The notes beneath the pieces were generated by a model that saw nothing but the letters and a program-made list of their open reading frames with translations, did not search any database and was not told the origin of the DNA. Below, one piece after another: positions 9,916-20,211 of a stretch of DNA of 64,000 bases (the stretch's first letter is position 1; every line of letters starts with the position of its first letter). Source of the stretch: Promethearchaeota archaeon (lineage in GTDB: Archaea; Asgardarchaeota; Lokiarchaeia; Sigyniarchaeales; SOKP01); NCBI GenBank assembly GCA_019057795.1, contig JAHLWS010000060.1:15432-79431 (forward strand). The letters run 5' to 3'. The position numbers and the translations under genes are program-made.

Positions 9916-11364
9916 ATGAGAATTTTCTTAGTAATTTTTGATACTTTAAGAAAAGACCACACGGGACGGACTTATGGAAACGATTGGATAAAAACTCCGA
10001 ATTTTGACTCGTTTTGCAAGGATAGTATTGTATATGATAAGGCCTATCCTGAATCGCTAGCTACTATTCCGGTTCGTAGAGCGATACACACGGGCATTAG
10101 AACGTTTCCATTTAATCATAAGCGGCCCAAATTACGCACAGACGATATCGTTCATTTAAACGGCTGGGACCCTATACCTCCACATCACAGGCATTTATCC
10201 GAATATTTAAACAGCGAGGCTTTTCTAACGTCTTTTATCACGAGTACATATCATCAATTTAAACCAAACATGAATTTTCATTTAGGTTATGACCAATGGA
10301 ATTGGATAAGAGGTCATGAAGACGACAAATATAGAGCTAGAATAAGGAACGGTAAAACAGAAATGAAACGATTACTTAAATTGCATATCGTAAAAAAAAA
10401 CGCTATAATAAAATTACTGCAAAAAAGAATATTAAAAGCGTATTTCTCTAATGTTCAAGAGCGAAGGTCAGAAGAAGATTACTTCCCAGCTAAAACCTTT
10501 AAAAAAGCAATTGAATTCGTTAAAGACACCTTAGATTTTAAAAAAGTTTTTTGTCTTATTGATGAGTTCGATCCTCACGAACCGTGGGATCCTCCGCAAA
10601 AATATCTTGATTTGTATTTAGAAAAAGGCTATACAGGAAAAAGAATTATAACCCCTGCTTATATGGAAAGTGTTGATTATCTTTCCAAAGAAGAGTTAAA
10701 CTTCATGAGGGCTAGTTATGCTGGAGAAGTTTCTCTATGCGATAATTGGTTCGGTTATTTCGTTAACGAGTTAAAGGAGTTAGAAATTTACGACGATTCA
10801 TTGATAATCTTTATTAGTGATCATGGGCATAGTATAGGCGAACACAATGCTACGGGAAAACTGCCCATGTTTATGTATCCTGAATTAGTAGACCTTCCTT
10901 TTATGATTAAACCACCAGGAGGAATTAATGGTCCAAAAAAAATTAGGAAACCTTACGTGTATAATTTCGACATATTACCAACCATTTTTGGGTTTTTAAA
11001 TAAAGATAAACCTAAAGAATTTGAAGGCATAGATTTATCGATTTTTGTTGATGAGGAAGATCAGAATTTAGATGGTCGGAGTTATATCACATGTGGATTC
11101 GATGTGTGTACATTATACAAGGACGATAATTACGCTTTAATTACCTCAAATAACAGAAAACATCAAAAATTATATGATTTGAGGAATGATCCTGAATGGA
11201 ATATGAACATTGCTAACGAAAATCCAGAAATATGTAATGATGCTTTTAATAAAATTAAACTCGATGCAAAAGGCGATCTTCCACTTGTTAGTAGATTTGA
11301 ATTCGAGAGTTTAAAAGATTGGTATCTTCAAAAAAGCACGTTCTCTCATAAAAGTCAAAACTAA
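9916..11364 (+). CDS. Sulfatase-like / alkaline phosphatase superfamily hydrolase
   Basis: DTLRKDH, TIPVRRAIHTG at the sulfatase signature position, DPHEPWDPP, SDHG. Confidence 0.9.
   Translation: MRIFLVIFDTLRKDHTGRTYGNDWIKTPNFDSFCKDSIVYDKAYPESLATIPVRRAIHTGIRTFPFNHKRPKLRTDDIVHLNGWDPIPPHHRHLSEYLNSEAFLTSFITSTYHQFKPNMNFHLGYDQWNWIRGHEDDKYRARIRNGKTEMKRLLKLHIVKKNAIIKLLQKRILKAYFSNVQERRSEEDYFPAKTFKKAIEFVKDTLDFKKVFCLIDEFDPHEPWDPPQKYLDLYLEKGYTGKRIITPAYMESVDYLSKEELNFMRASYAGEVSLCDNWFGYFVNELKELEIYDDSLIIFISDHGHSIGEHNATGKLPMFMYPELVDLPFMIKPPGGINGPKKIRKPYVYNFDILPTIFGFLNKDKPKEFEGIDLSIFVDEEDQNLDGRSYITCGFDVCTLYKDDNYALITSNNRKHQKLYDLRNDPEWNMNIANENPEICNDAFNKIKLDAKGDLPLVSRFEFESLKDWYLQKSTFSHKSQN
11062..11353 (+). 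repeat. About 290 bp direct repeat, copy 1 (3' end of sulfatase gene)
   Basis: Highly similar to 12340..12631, starting cagaatttagatgg in both. Confidence 0.9.
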
Positions 11365-11441
11365 CCTTTTTATTTTCCTAAATAATTTTTTTTATTATAC
11401 ACCGGCTCCTTGTGCAAAGTCTATTAAAACTGATCGATCTT

Positions 11442-12059
11442 TCAAATTTTTATATATTCTCCTAAGTCTTTTCTAAATTTTCCATAAAATATACCATATA
11501 CAAAATTTGAAATTCCCCCCAGAGCAATATCAATAAACAGTAATATTAAAATTAGATTTTGATTGCCAATTGTAAAAATAGGTGATATTATCAATAGAAC
11601 TACAAATAAACTTAAAGTGCAGATTGCCTCAGATAAAAGCCAAACTCTAAGAATTTTTCCGTTGTATTTATTAATAATGGCTATGATGAGTTTTATAGCT
11701 CCTAAAATCATAACATAAAATATAACTACTATAGTTATCGTATTAATATCGTTAAAAATGTTAATAACCCGAAGCATTGCCAGTAAAAACCATAGAACGC
11801 CATAGAACATTATGAGTGCACCTGTTAATTCTTCAAATTTGCCAACTTTTGTTTTACAGTAATAGCTAAAATACCCATTATTATAAACAGAAAAAGCTTG
11901 AATCATAAACATCCCTAAAAAAACTGCTAGTTTAATATTAATACTGAGAACTTCGGAAGGACTAGATAACGCAATAAATCCAATAGATATTGTGATTATT
12001 CCAATAAAAAAGGGTGTAGATTTTTTATATTTTTTTTTTTTTCTTTTTTCTTCATTCAT
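11442..12059 (-). CDS. Hypothetical polytopic membrane protein
   Basis: About 6 hydrophobic segments, basic N-terminus. Confidence 0.65.
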   Translation of the reverse strand: MNEEKRKKKKYKKSTPFFIGIITISIGFIALSSPSEVLSINIKLAVFLGMFMIQAFSVYNNGYFSYYCKTKVGKFEELTGALIMFYGVLWFLLAMLRVINIFNDINTITIVVIFYVMILGAIKLIIAIINKYNGKILRVWLLSEAICTLSLFVVLLIISPIFTIGNQNLILILLFIDIALGGISNFVYGIFYGKFRKDLGEYIKI

Positions 12060-12339
12060 TAGACTTTGTCCTAAATTTTATTAATATTTTAATCCTATTT
12101 AATTATTTAAAATAGTTTCTTGTTTTATTTATACTTATCAACGAGGACTAATTCTTTTAAATTATATTATAATTATTTAAAATCAGAATTAAATGTAATC
12201 GAATAATTATTGAAGTAAATTTAATAATCTATATAGGTTTTGGAACGACCTTTCCATTATCTACAACGAAAGGATTAGTTTTTACTACAATATTTTTGAA
12301 CCATTTTTCGACAAAAGAAGGTTTTCTTAAATTAGAAGG

Positions 12340-12636
12340 CAGAATTTAGATGGCCAGAGTTATATCACATGTGGATTTGATGTGTGTACATTATACAAGG
12401 ACGATAATTACGCGTTAATTACTTCAAATAACAGAAAATATCAAAAATTATACGATTTGAGGAACAATCCTGAATGGAATATGAACATTGCTAACGAAAA
12501 TCCAGAAACATGCGATGATGCTTTTGAAAAAATAAAACTCGATGCAAAAGGCTATCTTCCACTGGTAAGCAGGTTTGAATTCGAGAGCTTAAAAGATTGG
12601 TATCTTCAAAAAAGCACATTTTCTGATAAAGGTTAA
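12340..12636 (+). pseudogene. Duplicated 3' fragment of the sulfatase gene (repeat copy 2)
   Basis: Translation nearly identical to the last ~95 aa of 9916..11364; no N-terminal catalytic part. Confidence 0.9.
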
Positions 12637-12709
12637 TTTCTTACAATTTCGTTACCATCAAAAACTATGTAAAAATATTGAAATATCCTCTTAGATTTAA
12701 AAGAATGTA

Positions 12710-13966
12710 ATGATTAAAAAAGGATTTTTTACTAAACTTGACGAGCAATTTTCTTTACGGATATCTACAGGCAGCAACGAAGAATTTATTAAAATTCTGG
12801 AGCTTAATATTGCAGTTCACGGAGAAGAGATTAAAGAATACATTGAAAGAATATACAAAGAACATCCTAAAAAGAAAGATATACTATGGTTTTATATTGA
12901 AGATAATAGTACGGGTCAAATTATATCTTCGCTTACTTTATTGCCGCTTGAATGGCAGTTTGAAGAAAAATTATTATCCATTTGTGAGATGGGTTTTGTA
13001 GGTACTTTAAAAGAATATCGTGGAAAGGGATTAATTGATAAATTGAATGAATTCTACGAACGAGTTATGATGGAGAGGGGCTATCTTTTATCCTGTCTCA
13101 GAGGAATTCCTTACTATTATAGACGATTTGGGTACGAATTCGTATTATCTTTAGACGAAAGATTCTCACTTTCGCCAAATCAAATTCCATCTATGGAGTT
13201 AAGTCACATAGATATTAGGAAAGCTTCGCGTAAAGATATAGGTTATATCCAAAATCAATATAATTCAAATAGTAATAACTTCTTAATCTCTAACAATTTC
13301 GATACAGAGAGCTTTTACTTCAAATTTATGAACGATTCCTTCAATAATAACAAATTATCGGCATATATTATCGAAGAAAACGGAAAACCAGAAGGTTATT
13401 TCTTAATTGGCATGTCTTTCGACAACGAAGTAAATACTATCATTACTTCACAGTTATCCCATCCTCAGATGATAAAAATCTTGCAACATCTAAATGAACT
13501 CTCTAAAAATGAAAAGGATTTGATTCTGAATGTCGCCGAATTTTCTGAATTCGGGAAATATCTTTTTTCTATGGGAAAATTACAATCAAATTATGGTTGG
13601 CAGATAAAAATACCTGATCTAAAGCGGTTTTTTGAATCGATCAAGGTTGTACTTGAAAATAGAGTTGAAAAATCAAAATTTAATAATTTATCTAAAACGG
13701 TAATAATCAGCAACTATAAGCAATCAATCGAGTTAATGTTTAATAAAGGTAAAATTGAAGCTATCAAGATCGAGAGTGGTTATCCTGATGCAGAGAAATG
13801 TGATGTCCGAATACCAGGAGCATTGTTATTAAAATTACTTCTTGGCGATAGAACTGTAGACGAAATAAATCATATTGTTAAAGATGCGAGAATAAATCCC
13901 TCATCAAAAAAATTAATTGAAATACTCTTTCCAAAAGTTAATTCGATTCCAGATACGTATTATTGA
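12710..13966 (+). CDS. GNAT family N-acetyltransferase (Eis-like)
   Basis: VGTLKEYRGKGL acetyl-CoA motif, GIPYYYRRFGYE, SCP2-like C-terminus. Confidence 0.85.
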   Translation: MIKKGFFTKLDEQFSLRISTGSNEEFIKILELNIAVHGEEIKEYIERIYKEHPKKKDILWFYIEDNSTGQIISSLTLLPLEWQFEEKLLSICEMGFVGTLKEYRGKGLIDKLNEFYERVMMERGYLLSCLRGIPYYYRRFGYEFVLSLDERFSLSPNQIPSMELSHIDIRKASRKDIGYIQNQYNSNSNNFLISNNFDTESFYFKFMNDSFNNNKLSAYIIEENGKPEGYFLIGMSFDNEVNTIITSQLSHPQMIKILQHLNELSKNEKDLILNVAEFSEFGKYLFSMGKLQSNYGWQIKIPDLKRFFESIKVVLENRVEKSKFNNLSKTVIISNYKQSIELMFNKGKIEAIKIESGYPDAEKCDVRIPGALLLKLLLGDRTVDEINHIVKDARINPSSKKLIEILFPKVNSIPDTYY

Positions 13967-14046
13967 GAATTTAAATAATTAAGAAAAATAAAAAAAAAAG
14001 TTGTTATAATTTTACTTATAATAAATTAAAGAGAATACTATTACTA

Positions 14047-14541
14047 TTATTTGTCTGGAGCCTTTCTACCTAACCATTTTTCGTAAAACATGTCGATATC
14101 TGGCAAGAAATTGAATATGGTCGGATACCCTGGTGGTACAGATTCTGTATCAAGTAACGCCAAGCAACCTGGGCAAAAGTACTCTCTAAGCTCCTCCCAC
14201 TCAGGATCGCTCGTCATATATTTTGGATACAGTTCTTCTAATGCTTCATATGTATCTCTTACTCGTACTCTACACTTGGTTTTCCAATTTTCTCGATAAT
14301 CTCCAAATTCAAAGCCACAGTCGCATTTGACAATCCTATTTCCGTCCTTTGAGACAATGTAGAGATGTTCGTGAAGTGGAAGTAAAATTTTCTCTGCCCA
14401 AGGTACTTTCTCTTGCAATATCTCTAAAATCGCATCGAATCTATTTGGATCTTTTCTACCGCTAATTATAGGTTTAAGTTCGTTCCACGTTAAATCTCCG
14501 TTAATCATTCTTGCTAATGTCTTTTTATCTTCGTTTACCAT
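14047..14541 (-). CDS. acxC: Acetone carboxylase gamma subunit
   Basis: KDPNRF, HEHLYIV, KCDCG..FGDYRENWK, REYFCPGC, PPGYP, PDID.FY..WLG; four Zn-ligand cysteines. Confidence 0.9.
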   Translation of the reverse strand: MVNEDKKTLARMINGDLTWNELKPIISGRKDPNRFDAILEILQEKVPWAEKILLPLHEHLYIVSKDGNRIVKCDCGFEFGDYRENWKTKCRVRVRDTYEALEELYPKYMTSDPEWEELREYFCPGCLALLDTESVPPGYPTIFNFLPDIDMFYEKWLGRKAPDK

Positions 14542-16758
14542 TTATTTCACCTCCATTTGAAAATCTTCAGGAAGTTTCCAAAACTCCTTGAATTCTCGAG
14601 CCCAGTTAGTAGATAATGCGATACTTTCTGAATACATTCTAGTTGCCGCTTCACCCAGCTTTTTTTCAGTTATCTTTTTTCTCTCTATCTCCCAATATTC
14701 TCCGAATGGCAGAGATTTTTCCCTTCTTTCATTTTTTAACTCCTGTTGACGTGCTTTTGTAGCACTTTCGTCTAATTTCCATTCCTCTTTCACTTCGTCG
14801 TATTCCGCTACAACACCATACACGTTATAAACTATATCTTTAGTATATATTCCGTCGTTTAAATCTTGCTCAACTCGTTCTGGCTTCCTTTCTAATGGAT
14901 CTCCATATCCTGGACCTCCACTCATAGCGAAATGGACAAGGTCGTAATTCTCTAAAATTATAGGGTATATCGAACAATAAGGTTTTCTTGTTATGTCTGC
15001 CTTTAAGTATTTCTCGAATTGTCCATTTCTAGGGTCTGGATCTCCTAACGGGTAATCCGCTTGCTGTTGAATAATTTCTTTCATATTTGTATTTTTCGCG
15101 TAAAGTCGATAACCCGTACCGTGAGGATAACCTCCATGCATCCCACCACTTCCATGAAAGCATAAACCTTCTTTGGCTCCAAAAAAGTCTACTTCTCTTG
15201 AATACGCTATCATAGCTATTCCCTCGTAATTCGCGCCACCTCTATACTTCCCGTGCCCAGGACTATTAGGTTTTACTCTCCTCGCTAGATAAGGAATGCC
15301 TCCTTGAAACAATTCCCAGGTTTCTACATCTCCAAGATCAGCTTCTGGATTCCACATCGCATATCCCCAGTTTAATCCGTCTCTTACAGCACTAGCGCCT
15401 AAACCTTGACCACTGATTTCGAAGGTCGAAAGAGACCATCTTTCCCCTTTTAAAGGGCCCGAAGAATAAAAACCACCACCCTGAATTGCATCCCCCGTAA
15501 ATCCGTAACCTGGTACTACTTCTTCTCTAAATCCCCGAGAAAATAATCCATAAGAAATACTTTTCATCATCCCTGTATACGCAGGGATCAGATTACCCCA
15601 GGGGCTCTGGTATGAAAGATATGGATCACCTGGATTGCACCAAGTTCCTAATGGATATTCCTTCTCAACAGCAAAATAGGCTCCATCGTTTACTTTGTCT
15701 CCATATATTAATATCTGGGTTAATAAAACCCATTGACCGCCCTCCATTGCTCCTTTACCGCAATTCATTGGATTTGGTCCGGAACCACTTGCTCCGTCAA
15801 ATGTAAGAGAAATTCCCCCTTCCTCACCAATAACGATTTCAATTGGCATATTGCTTATTTTATCAATTTTAGCTCTTGGTTGCCACGCTTCGTTTTTAAA
15901 AGCGATGTCAAAAAACGACGCTGCCCTATACCTTCCCGGAATTAAACGTTCTTTTACTCTCTCTAAAACTATTAGCCTTCCTTCTTCTATTGCTTCTCTC
16001 ATAAATCGTTTGTAGTAATCAATCCCTTCTGTCTTTATAAAATCTAAGACAGCGTCTCGAATCATTAAATTGCCAGCCATTCTACATTTTTCGTCTAATT
16101 CCCAATACATGGGTGTCCTTACGGCTCTTTTAGCGTTAATCATATGGTCTTTCCAAATTTTGTCATTAGAACCTATTTTTCTACAAGTGTAATAAATTCC
16201 GTCGTCAAAACGTTGAATTGCAGAAACTAAATCGTGTCCTGGGGTAATACCGCCAGCATCTATTTGATGAGTTACTCCACCGGCCCAACCTATTAATTCG
16301 TTCTCCCAATAAATAGGGATAAGCGTCTGAACATCTGTCGTATGAACGTTCCCACAATTGGGATCGTTGTTTAAAAATATATCTCCAAGATTAATACCGG
16401 GATCATCCTCGTAATCTTCTCTAATCATAAACTTTATCGCTTCGCTCATCGTGTGAACGTGTACTAATATACCTGTTGAAACTACTATGGAATCTCCCTC
16501 CGGCGTATATAATGCAAAGCACAATTCACCTATCTCTTTGACAATTGGTGAAGCAGCTACATGTAAAGCCGTTTCCCTTGCAGATACTAAAGCACCCCTT
16601 AAACTAGCATAAGATCGTTCGTATCTAAAAGGATCTTTTTCTTTTAGGCTTAACTTCTCTATTCCATAGTATCGTTTTGTTTTCTCAATGAGTTCTTCGC
16701 TTTCGTTCAGCATTTCTTTAAGAGATTTTCCATTCCATCCTAAAGGATTTTTTGACAT
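14542..16758 (-). CDS. acxB: Acetone carboxylase alpha subunit (hydantoinase B/oxoprolinase family)
   Basis: ASPIVKEIGELCFALY, STGILVHVHTM, HTTD, GGVTH metal-ligand motifs, GGPGYGDPLER. Confidence 0.88.
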   Translation of the reverse strand: MSKNPLGWNGKSLKEMLNESEELIEKTKRYYGIEKLSLKEKDPFRYERSYASLRGALVSARETALHVAASPIVKEIGELCFALYTPEGDSIVVSTGILVHVHTMSEAIKFMIREDYEDDPGINLGDIFLNNDPNCGNVHTTDVQTLIPIYWENELIGWAGGVTHQIDAGGITPGHDLVSAIQRFDDGIYYTCRKIGSNDKIWKDHMINAKRAVRTPMYWELDEKCRMAGNLMIRDAVLDFIKTEGIDYYKRFMREAIEEGRLIVLERVKERLIPGRYRAASFFDIAFKNEAWQPRAKIDKISNMPIEIVIGEEGGISLTFDGASGSGPNPMNCGKGAMEGGQWVLLTQILIYGDKVNDGAYFAVEKEYPLGTWCNPGDPYLSYQSPWGNLIPAYTGMMKSISYGLFSRGFREEVVPGYGFTGDAIQGGGFYSSGPLKGERWSLSTFEISGQGLGASAVRDGLNWGYAMWNPEADLGDVETWELFQGGIPYLARRVKPNSPGHGKYRGGANYEGIAMIAYSREVDFFGAKEGLCFHGSGGMHGGYPHGTGYRLYAKNTNMKEIIQQQADYPLGDPDPRNGQFEKYLKADITRKPYCSIYPIILENYDLVHFAMSGGPGYGDPLERKPERVEQDLNDGIYTKDIVYNVYGVVAEYDEVKEEWKLDESATKARQQELKNERREKSLPFGEYWEIERKKITEKKLGEAATRMYSESIALSTNWAREFKEFWKLPEDFQMEVK

Positions 16759-18902
16759 TATTTTTTAGACACCTCCATGTGAAATATTCTATGCTTATCA
16801 AGTTTTACTCGGAAACCTGGAGGAACTACTAAGGTTGTTGCTGGGGCTTCAATAACTGCAGGACCGTCAATTTGATTACCTGATTTAAGTAATTCCATTT
16901 CCCAAAGATTTGCTTCGTGCCACTCTTTTCCCCAAAAAATATCTCGCCTTCCTTTGGAAGCTTCATCGTCAGGTCTTTCACTTTTTAATTCGTGATCAGG
17001 AAGTATTGGTTTTGGTACAGGCACTATCCCCGTTGCTATAGCTTTTGTAATATGATAGCCTAGATGTGGACTTTTTGTTCCTCTTCGATATATTTGTTCA
17101 AAAAGATCATCGTATCTTTTAGCTATTTCTTTTAAATCTTTTAAGTCAATAACATCGGAAGGCGATTCTACTTCTAAATCGTCAAACATTCCAAAATATT
17201 GTATTCGAAGAGTTGGCTTGAATTCCATTTCGTTAGGGTCTCTTCCTTCTTTTTCGAATTCTTTTGCGATTCTTTTCTTCAATTCTCCCCATGTTGCATT
17301 CAACATCATAGTTACTGCTTGATCTAAACGTCCATCTGGAGTAACTACCAAGTCTACTGATTTTTCGTAACGATAGGAATGGTCTGCGCAAGCACATCCG
17401 AAAGCTGAAAAAGCAGGTGCCCACTCTGGTATTAGAATATCTTGGAATCGTAAATCTTTAGCATATCCTGCTACATGAAGCGGACCTGCACCTCCAAAAG
17501 ACATTAAAGTATAATTTTCTGGTCTGAAGCCAAGACCTTGAATCATGCCCAAAAGATGGTTTTTCATATTGATTTCGATCAAATCTAAAGCACCTCTAGC
17601 TGTCACGTAAGGGTCTGCATTTAGAGGTTCTGCAAGTTGGTTTTCTATATATTTTAAAGCACGCTCCTTATTCAAAGGGATTTTACCGCCTAAAAAGTAA
17701 TCTGGATTAAAGTATCCTAAAATTATGCTGCAGTCCGTCATTGTTACTGTCTCAACTCCAGAGGTTTCGTTACAAACTCCGATTAGATATCCCGCACTTT
17801 CAGGACCAAATTCTAATCTGCCCGAAATATTATTATAGCGAACATACATGCCTGTTCCAGCAGCAATTGAATCTAAAGCAATCATAGGGATGTTTAAGAT
17901 AAACCTTCCCAAACTCGATTCCCATTTTGTAGGTACGTATCTTTCCATGAGAAGCCCAACGTCAAAACTCGTTCCTCCGACATCAGAAGAAACCAAATTT
18001 TTTATTCCGTATTCTTTAGCTATAAATTTTGTACCAATCATACCGCCTACAGGACCTGAAACCATAGTTGGGATGAGTGATTTATGGTACGGAGAAATTG
18101 TACCTCCGTAAGAGGTCATAATTCTGAGTGGAGCTGGTACTCCTTTTTCTTTTAAACTTTCAGCAATTTTAATTAATTGAGTTCTAGAAGGCTCTGCTGC
18201 GTATTGTTCAATAATTAACGAGTTCAATCTTGGAGTTTCTCCTCGAACTGGATTGTGCTCGCAAGATAAAATTACAGGGATATCAATTCCTCTTTTCTTC
18301 ATTAATTTTTTAGCAGACCGACCTACAGCTTTTTCATGACGAGGGTTCATATACGAACACAATAAGCAGACGCAGATACTATCGACTTTCATATCAAGTA
18401 ATTTTTCAACTGCTTCAGTTACATCCTTCTTATAAAGAGGTATTAGTTCTTCCCCCCAAAAATTAATCCTTCCCCGAACTCCTTTAATTTGCTTTCTCGG
18501 GACAAGTGGTTCAGGATGCTCGTGTTCCCGAGCATGTAAGCGACCTGCATAGTCAAGCCAAATCCAGCATTGCAGGGCCCTTCCTAACCTGTGTAGGTCT
18601 TCAAAACCAGCATTAACAATTACTCCTATATTACTATTACCTTCTCGTTCTAAGAGTCGATTAAGCATAGCTGTGCCAGAATAAACCAGAGCATCAACTG
18701 TACCACTAGAAGATTCCAGCGTGGAGTTCCATTGAGATAATGAATCTGTAATTGAGTTCAAAATACCTTCCGATTCATTTTGTGGGGTTGTTTGAGCTTT
18801 CCCAACCTTAAATCTTCCGTGTTCATCAATAATAAAGGAATCAGTCATCGTTCCTCCTGTATCAAGAGCAATAGCTTTTAAATTCTTATTTTGAGTATTC
18901 AT
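16758..18902 (-). CDS. acxA: Acetone carboxylase beta subunit (hydantoinase A family, ATP-binding)
   Basis: DTGGTMTD, GKAQTTP, YSGTAMLN, SGPVGG, DVGGTSFDVG, GGAGPLH; stop overlaps the acxB start. Confidence 0.88.
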   Translation of the reverse strand: MNTQNKNLKAIALDTGGTMTDSFIIDEHGRFKVGKAQTTPQNESEGILNSITDSLSQWNSTLESSSGTVDALVYSGTAMLNRLLEREGNSNIGVIVNAGFEDLHRLGRALQCWIWLDYAGRLHAREHEHPEPLVPRKQIKGVRGRINFWGEELIPLYKKDVTEAVEKLLDMKVDSICVCLLCSYMNPRHEKAVGRSAKKLMKKRGIDIPVILSCEHNPVRGETPRLNSLIIEQYAAEPSRTQLIKIAESLKEKGVPAPLRIMTSYGGTISPYHKSLIPTMVSGPVGGMIGTKFIAKEYGIKNLVSSDVGGTSFDVGLLMERYVPTKWESSLGRFILNIPMIALDSIAAGTGMYVRYNNISGRLEFGPESAGYLIGVCNETSGVETVTMTDCSIILGYFNPDYFLGGKIPLNKERALKYIENQLAEPLNADPYVTARGALDLIEINMKNHLLGMIQGLGFRPENYTLMSFGGAGPLHVAGYAKDLRFQDILIPEWAPAFSAFGCACADHSYRYEKSVDLVVTPDGRLDQAVTMMLNATWGELKKRIAKEFEKEGRDPNEMEFKPTLRIQYFGMFDDLEVESPSDVIDLKDLKEIAKRYDDLFEQIYRRGTKSPHLGYHITKAIATGIVPVPKPILPDHELKSERPDDEASKGRRDIFWGKEWHEANLWEMELLKSGNQIDGPAVIEAPATTLVVPPGFRVKLDKHRIFHMEVSKK

Positions 18903-19179
18903 TTTTGATATATTTCTCCCTTTTTTTTTTTTAATTATATTTGATGTTATACAACATTTATTTTCTTCTAGAATTTATAAAATTATTTATAATGCAAAAT
19001 CAAAATGGTTATTATTCAATTAGAATAACATTTTAAATTTATCAATAATGAAGGAATAAGTCATCAACCAAAGTTTTAAAATATAATATTTATTTCATAA
19101 TTCTTTTCTTTGAAGTTAATAAAACTTATTACAAAATTTTCTCTAATACTCTTTAAATAAATTAGATTTTTTTAAAATT

Positions 19180-20169
19180 TTGATTGAAACGGTAGAAAGT
19201 TCTGATAAATTAAAGGGAAGGTTCCTTAGTATCGATGTGTTCAGAGGTTTAGCCGTAGTTCTAATGGTTATCGTCAATACTTTAGCGATTTACGAGAATG
19301 TGCCAGCTTGGAGCAAACACGCTGGAGATTTTGGTTTAACATACGTAGATTTAATTGCTCCTTTTTTCGTTTTTATGCTAGCGCTTAATATGAATATTTC
19401 TTACCAAAAACGCAAGGAAAAATTTGGTAGAAAAAAAGCTATGCTAAGATATATTCGCAGGTTTTTTATTTTCATTGGAATTGGCTTTTTTTTAACTCTG
19501 TATATCGGACCTGATGGGTTTTATTTTCGGTGGGGCACATTTCAAGTTCTAGGGATGTCAGGATTGTTATTATTACCTTTAATCGAACTAAAACCCTTTT
19601 TAAAATTATCGTTTGCTGTTATAATTATGATCCTCCATCAACTTATTCTATTTACGCCTTTAAGTTTAATAATTTATGAATCGATCGAGGGAGGAATCTT
19701 AGGAGCACTTTCTTGGGGCTCAATGATGGTATTTTCTTCCTTTTTAGCAGAAGCTTTAATCAATGGTAAAGATAAAGTTAAAAGTTATTTCTTATTTGGT
19801 GGTTTAATTTGCGTTGTACTTGGCTTCGGTTTTGGTTTTATTTTGGGAATAAGTAGGGCTTATATCTCATTGCCCTATATTATAGTCAGTGTAGGAATTT
19901 CTTCCTTAATTTATTATCTATTGTATTATATTTTCGAAGTTTGGGCGAATAATCACGAATTTGTGAAAAAAGAAAAGTTTTTTAGCGTTGTTGGAAAAAA
20001 TGCGTTCATGTTATATCTAATCCATGTCGTTATTGTTTATAGTATATATCAGATTATTCCATTGAACATCTCTAGCGTAATAATTTTCTCAATAAGCTTT
20101 GTTAACGTTGCTATTATTTGGTTAATTGCGTTTTTGATGAATAGAGTCGAAATGTTTATTGTTGTTTAA
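19180..20169 (+). CDS. HGSNAT/NagX-like membrane acyltransferase (DUF5009/DUF1624-like)
   Basis: RFLSIDVFRGL, H...GLTYVDLIAPFFVF, multiple TM segments. Confidence 0.8.
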   Translation: MIETVESSDKLKGRFLSIDVFRGLAVVLMVIVNTLAIYENVPAWSKHAGDFGLTYVDLIAPFFVFMLALNMNISYQKRKEKFGRKKAMLRYIRRFFIFIGIGFFLTLYIGPDGFYFRWGTFQVLGMSGLLLLPLIELKPFLKLSFAVIIMILHQLILFTPLSLIIYESIEGGILGALSWGSMMVFSSFLAEALINGKDKVKSYFLFGGLICVVLGFGFGFILGISRAYISLPYIIVSVGISSLIYYLLYYIFEVWANNHEFVKKEKFFSVVGKNAFMLYLIHVVIVYSIYQIIPLNISSVIIFSISFVNVAIIWLIAFLMNRVEMFIVV

Positions 20170-20211
20170 TTTTAAAGTAATTATTACTTATTAATAGTAG
20201 AACGCTCCAAG

